Below are positions 63,752 through 64,000 of a DNA stretch of 64,000 bases, one piece after another. The notes beneath the pieces were generated by a model. The model saw nothing but the letters and a program-made list of their open reading frames with translations. It did not search any database and was not told where the DNA came from. How positions within the stretch are numbered: position 1 is the first letter of the stretch; every line of letters begins with the position of its first letter. This DNA is from Lepidodermella squamata (taxonomy: Eukaryota; Animalia; Gastrotricha). The position numbers were made by a program, and so were the translations under genes. The stretch is taken from NCBI GenBank assembly GCA_047495785.1, contig JBLDXI010000003.1:2542001-2606000 (forward strand), in the 5' to 3' direction.

Positions 63752-64000
63752 ATGAATTTGTTCATAGCGTCTCTCCTCCTGGTCGCAGCGACCAGCAACG
63801 CCCATCGCATAGCCGTACGTCAAGATGCAGCGCCCTCTGCACCCCCATCTCCTAGTCCCGTTCCACCGGAAGTGATCACTTCTAGCCCAGCGCCAGTAAC
63901 GCAGGAAGCTCAGAATCCTGTTTCAGTGGAACATGCTCTGCCACAACAAGAGAAAGCGCCTGAACCTGAGCCTCCGAAGCAGCCGGAGCCAGTACAACCT
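63752..64000 (+). CDS. Secreted Pro-rich protein, 5' part (runs off the window)
   Basis: MNLFIASLLLVAATSNA-HRIAVRQDAAPSAPPSPSPVPP...; frame open to the window end. Confidence 0.7.
   Translation, partial: MNLFIASLLLVAATSNAHRIAVRQDAAPSAPPSPSPVPPEVITSSPAPVTQEAQNPVSVEHALPQQEKAPEPEPPKQPEPVQP

Noticed and set aside
1-64000. Alternative genetic code or non-canonical introns as the cause of fragmented ORFs
   Set aside because: Every junction I checked by hand resolves with ordinary GT-AG introns and the standard code; not all junctions were checked.

Overview
Eukaryotic DNA from an invertebrate animal with a compact genome: standard code, GT-AG introns mostly ~45-65 nt, very short intergenic gaps. 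The species cannot be identified from this window. Gene order: 3' end of an MFS/MCT transporter; an intronless GABA-B-type class C GPCR behind a palindromic element; tandem orphan coiled-coil ORFs; two convergent NIT-like/guanylyl-cyclase-fold genes; TRPN/NOMPC; TFB1M; a divergent promoter; CDK7; USP9X/faf-like; GAPVD1; a divergent mitochondrial EF-Tu; two secreted GLRFG + knottin precursors; a LIV-1 ZIP transporter; two DEG/ENaC channels flanking a secreted K/R-rich protein; and secreted Pro-rich proteins. GAPVD1 introns carry a nested antisense gene, a Ty1/copia fragment and a Crypton-like fragment. Most notable: the GLRFG-knottin precursor pair, the cyclases missing half of the catalytic site, a copia pol reading into an env-like segment between 73-bp direct repeats, operon-like gene junctions, the EF-Tu2-like protein with a C-terminal extension in a distal exon, and HG-to-DG DEG/ENaCs. 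All family calls come from manual motif recognition and manual splicing; no database searches were run.
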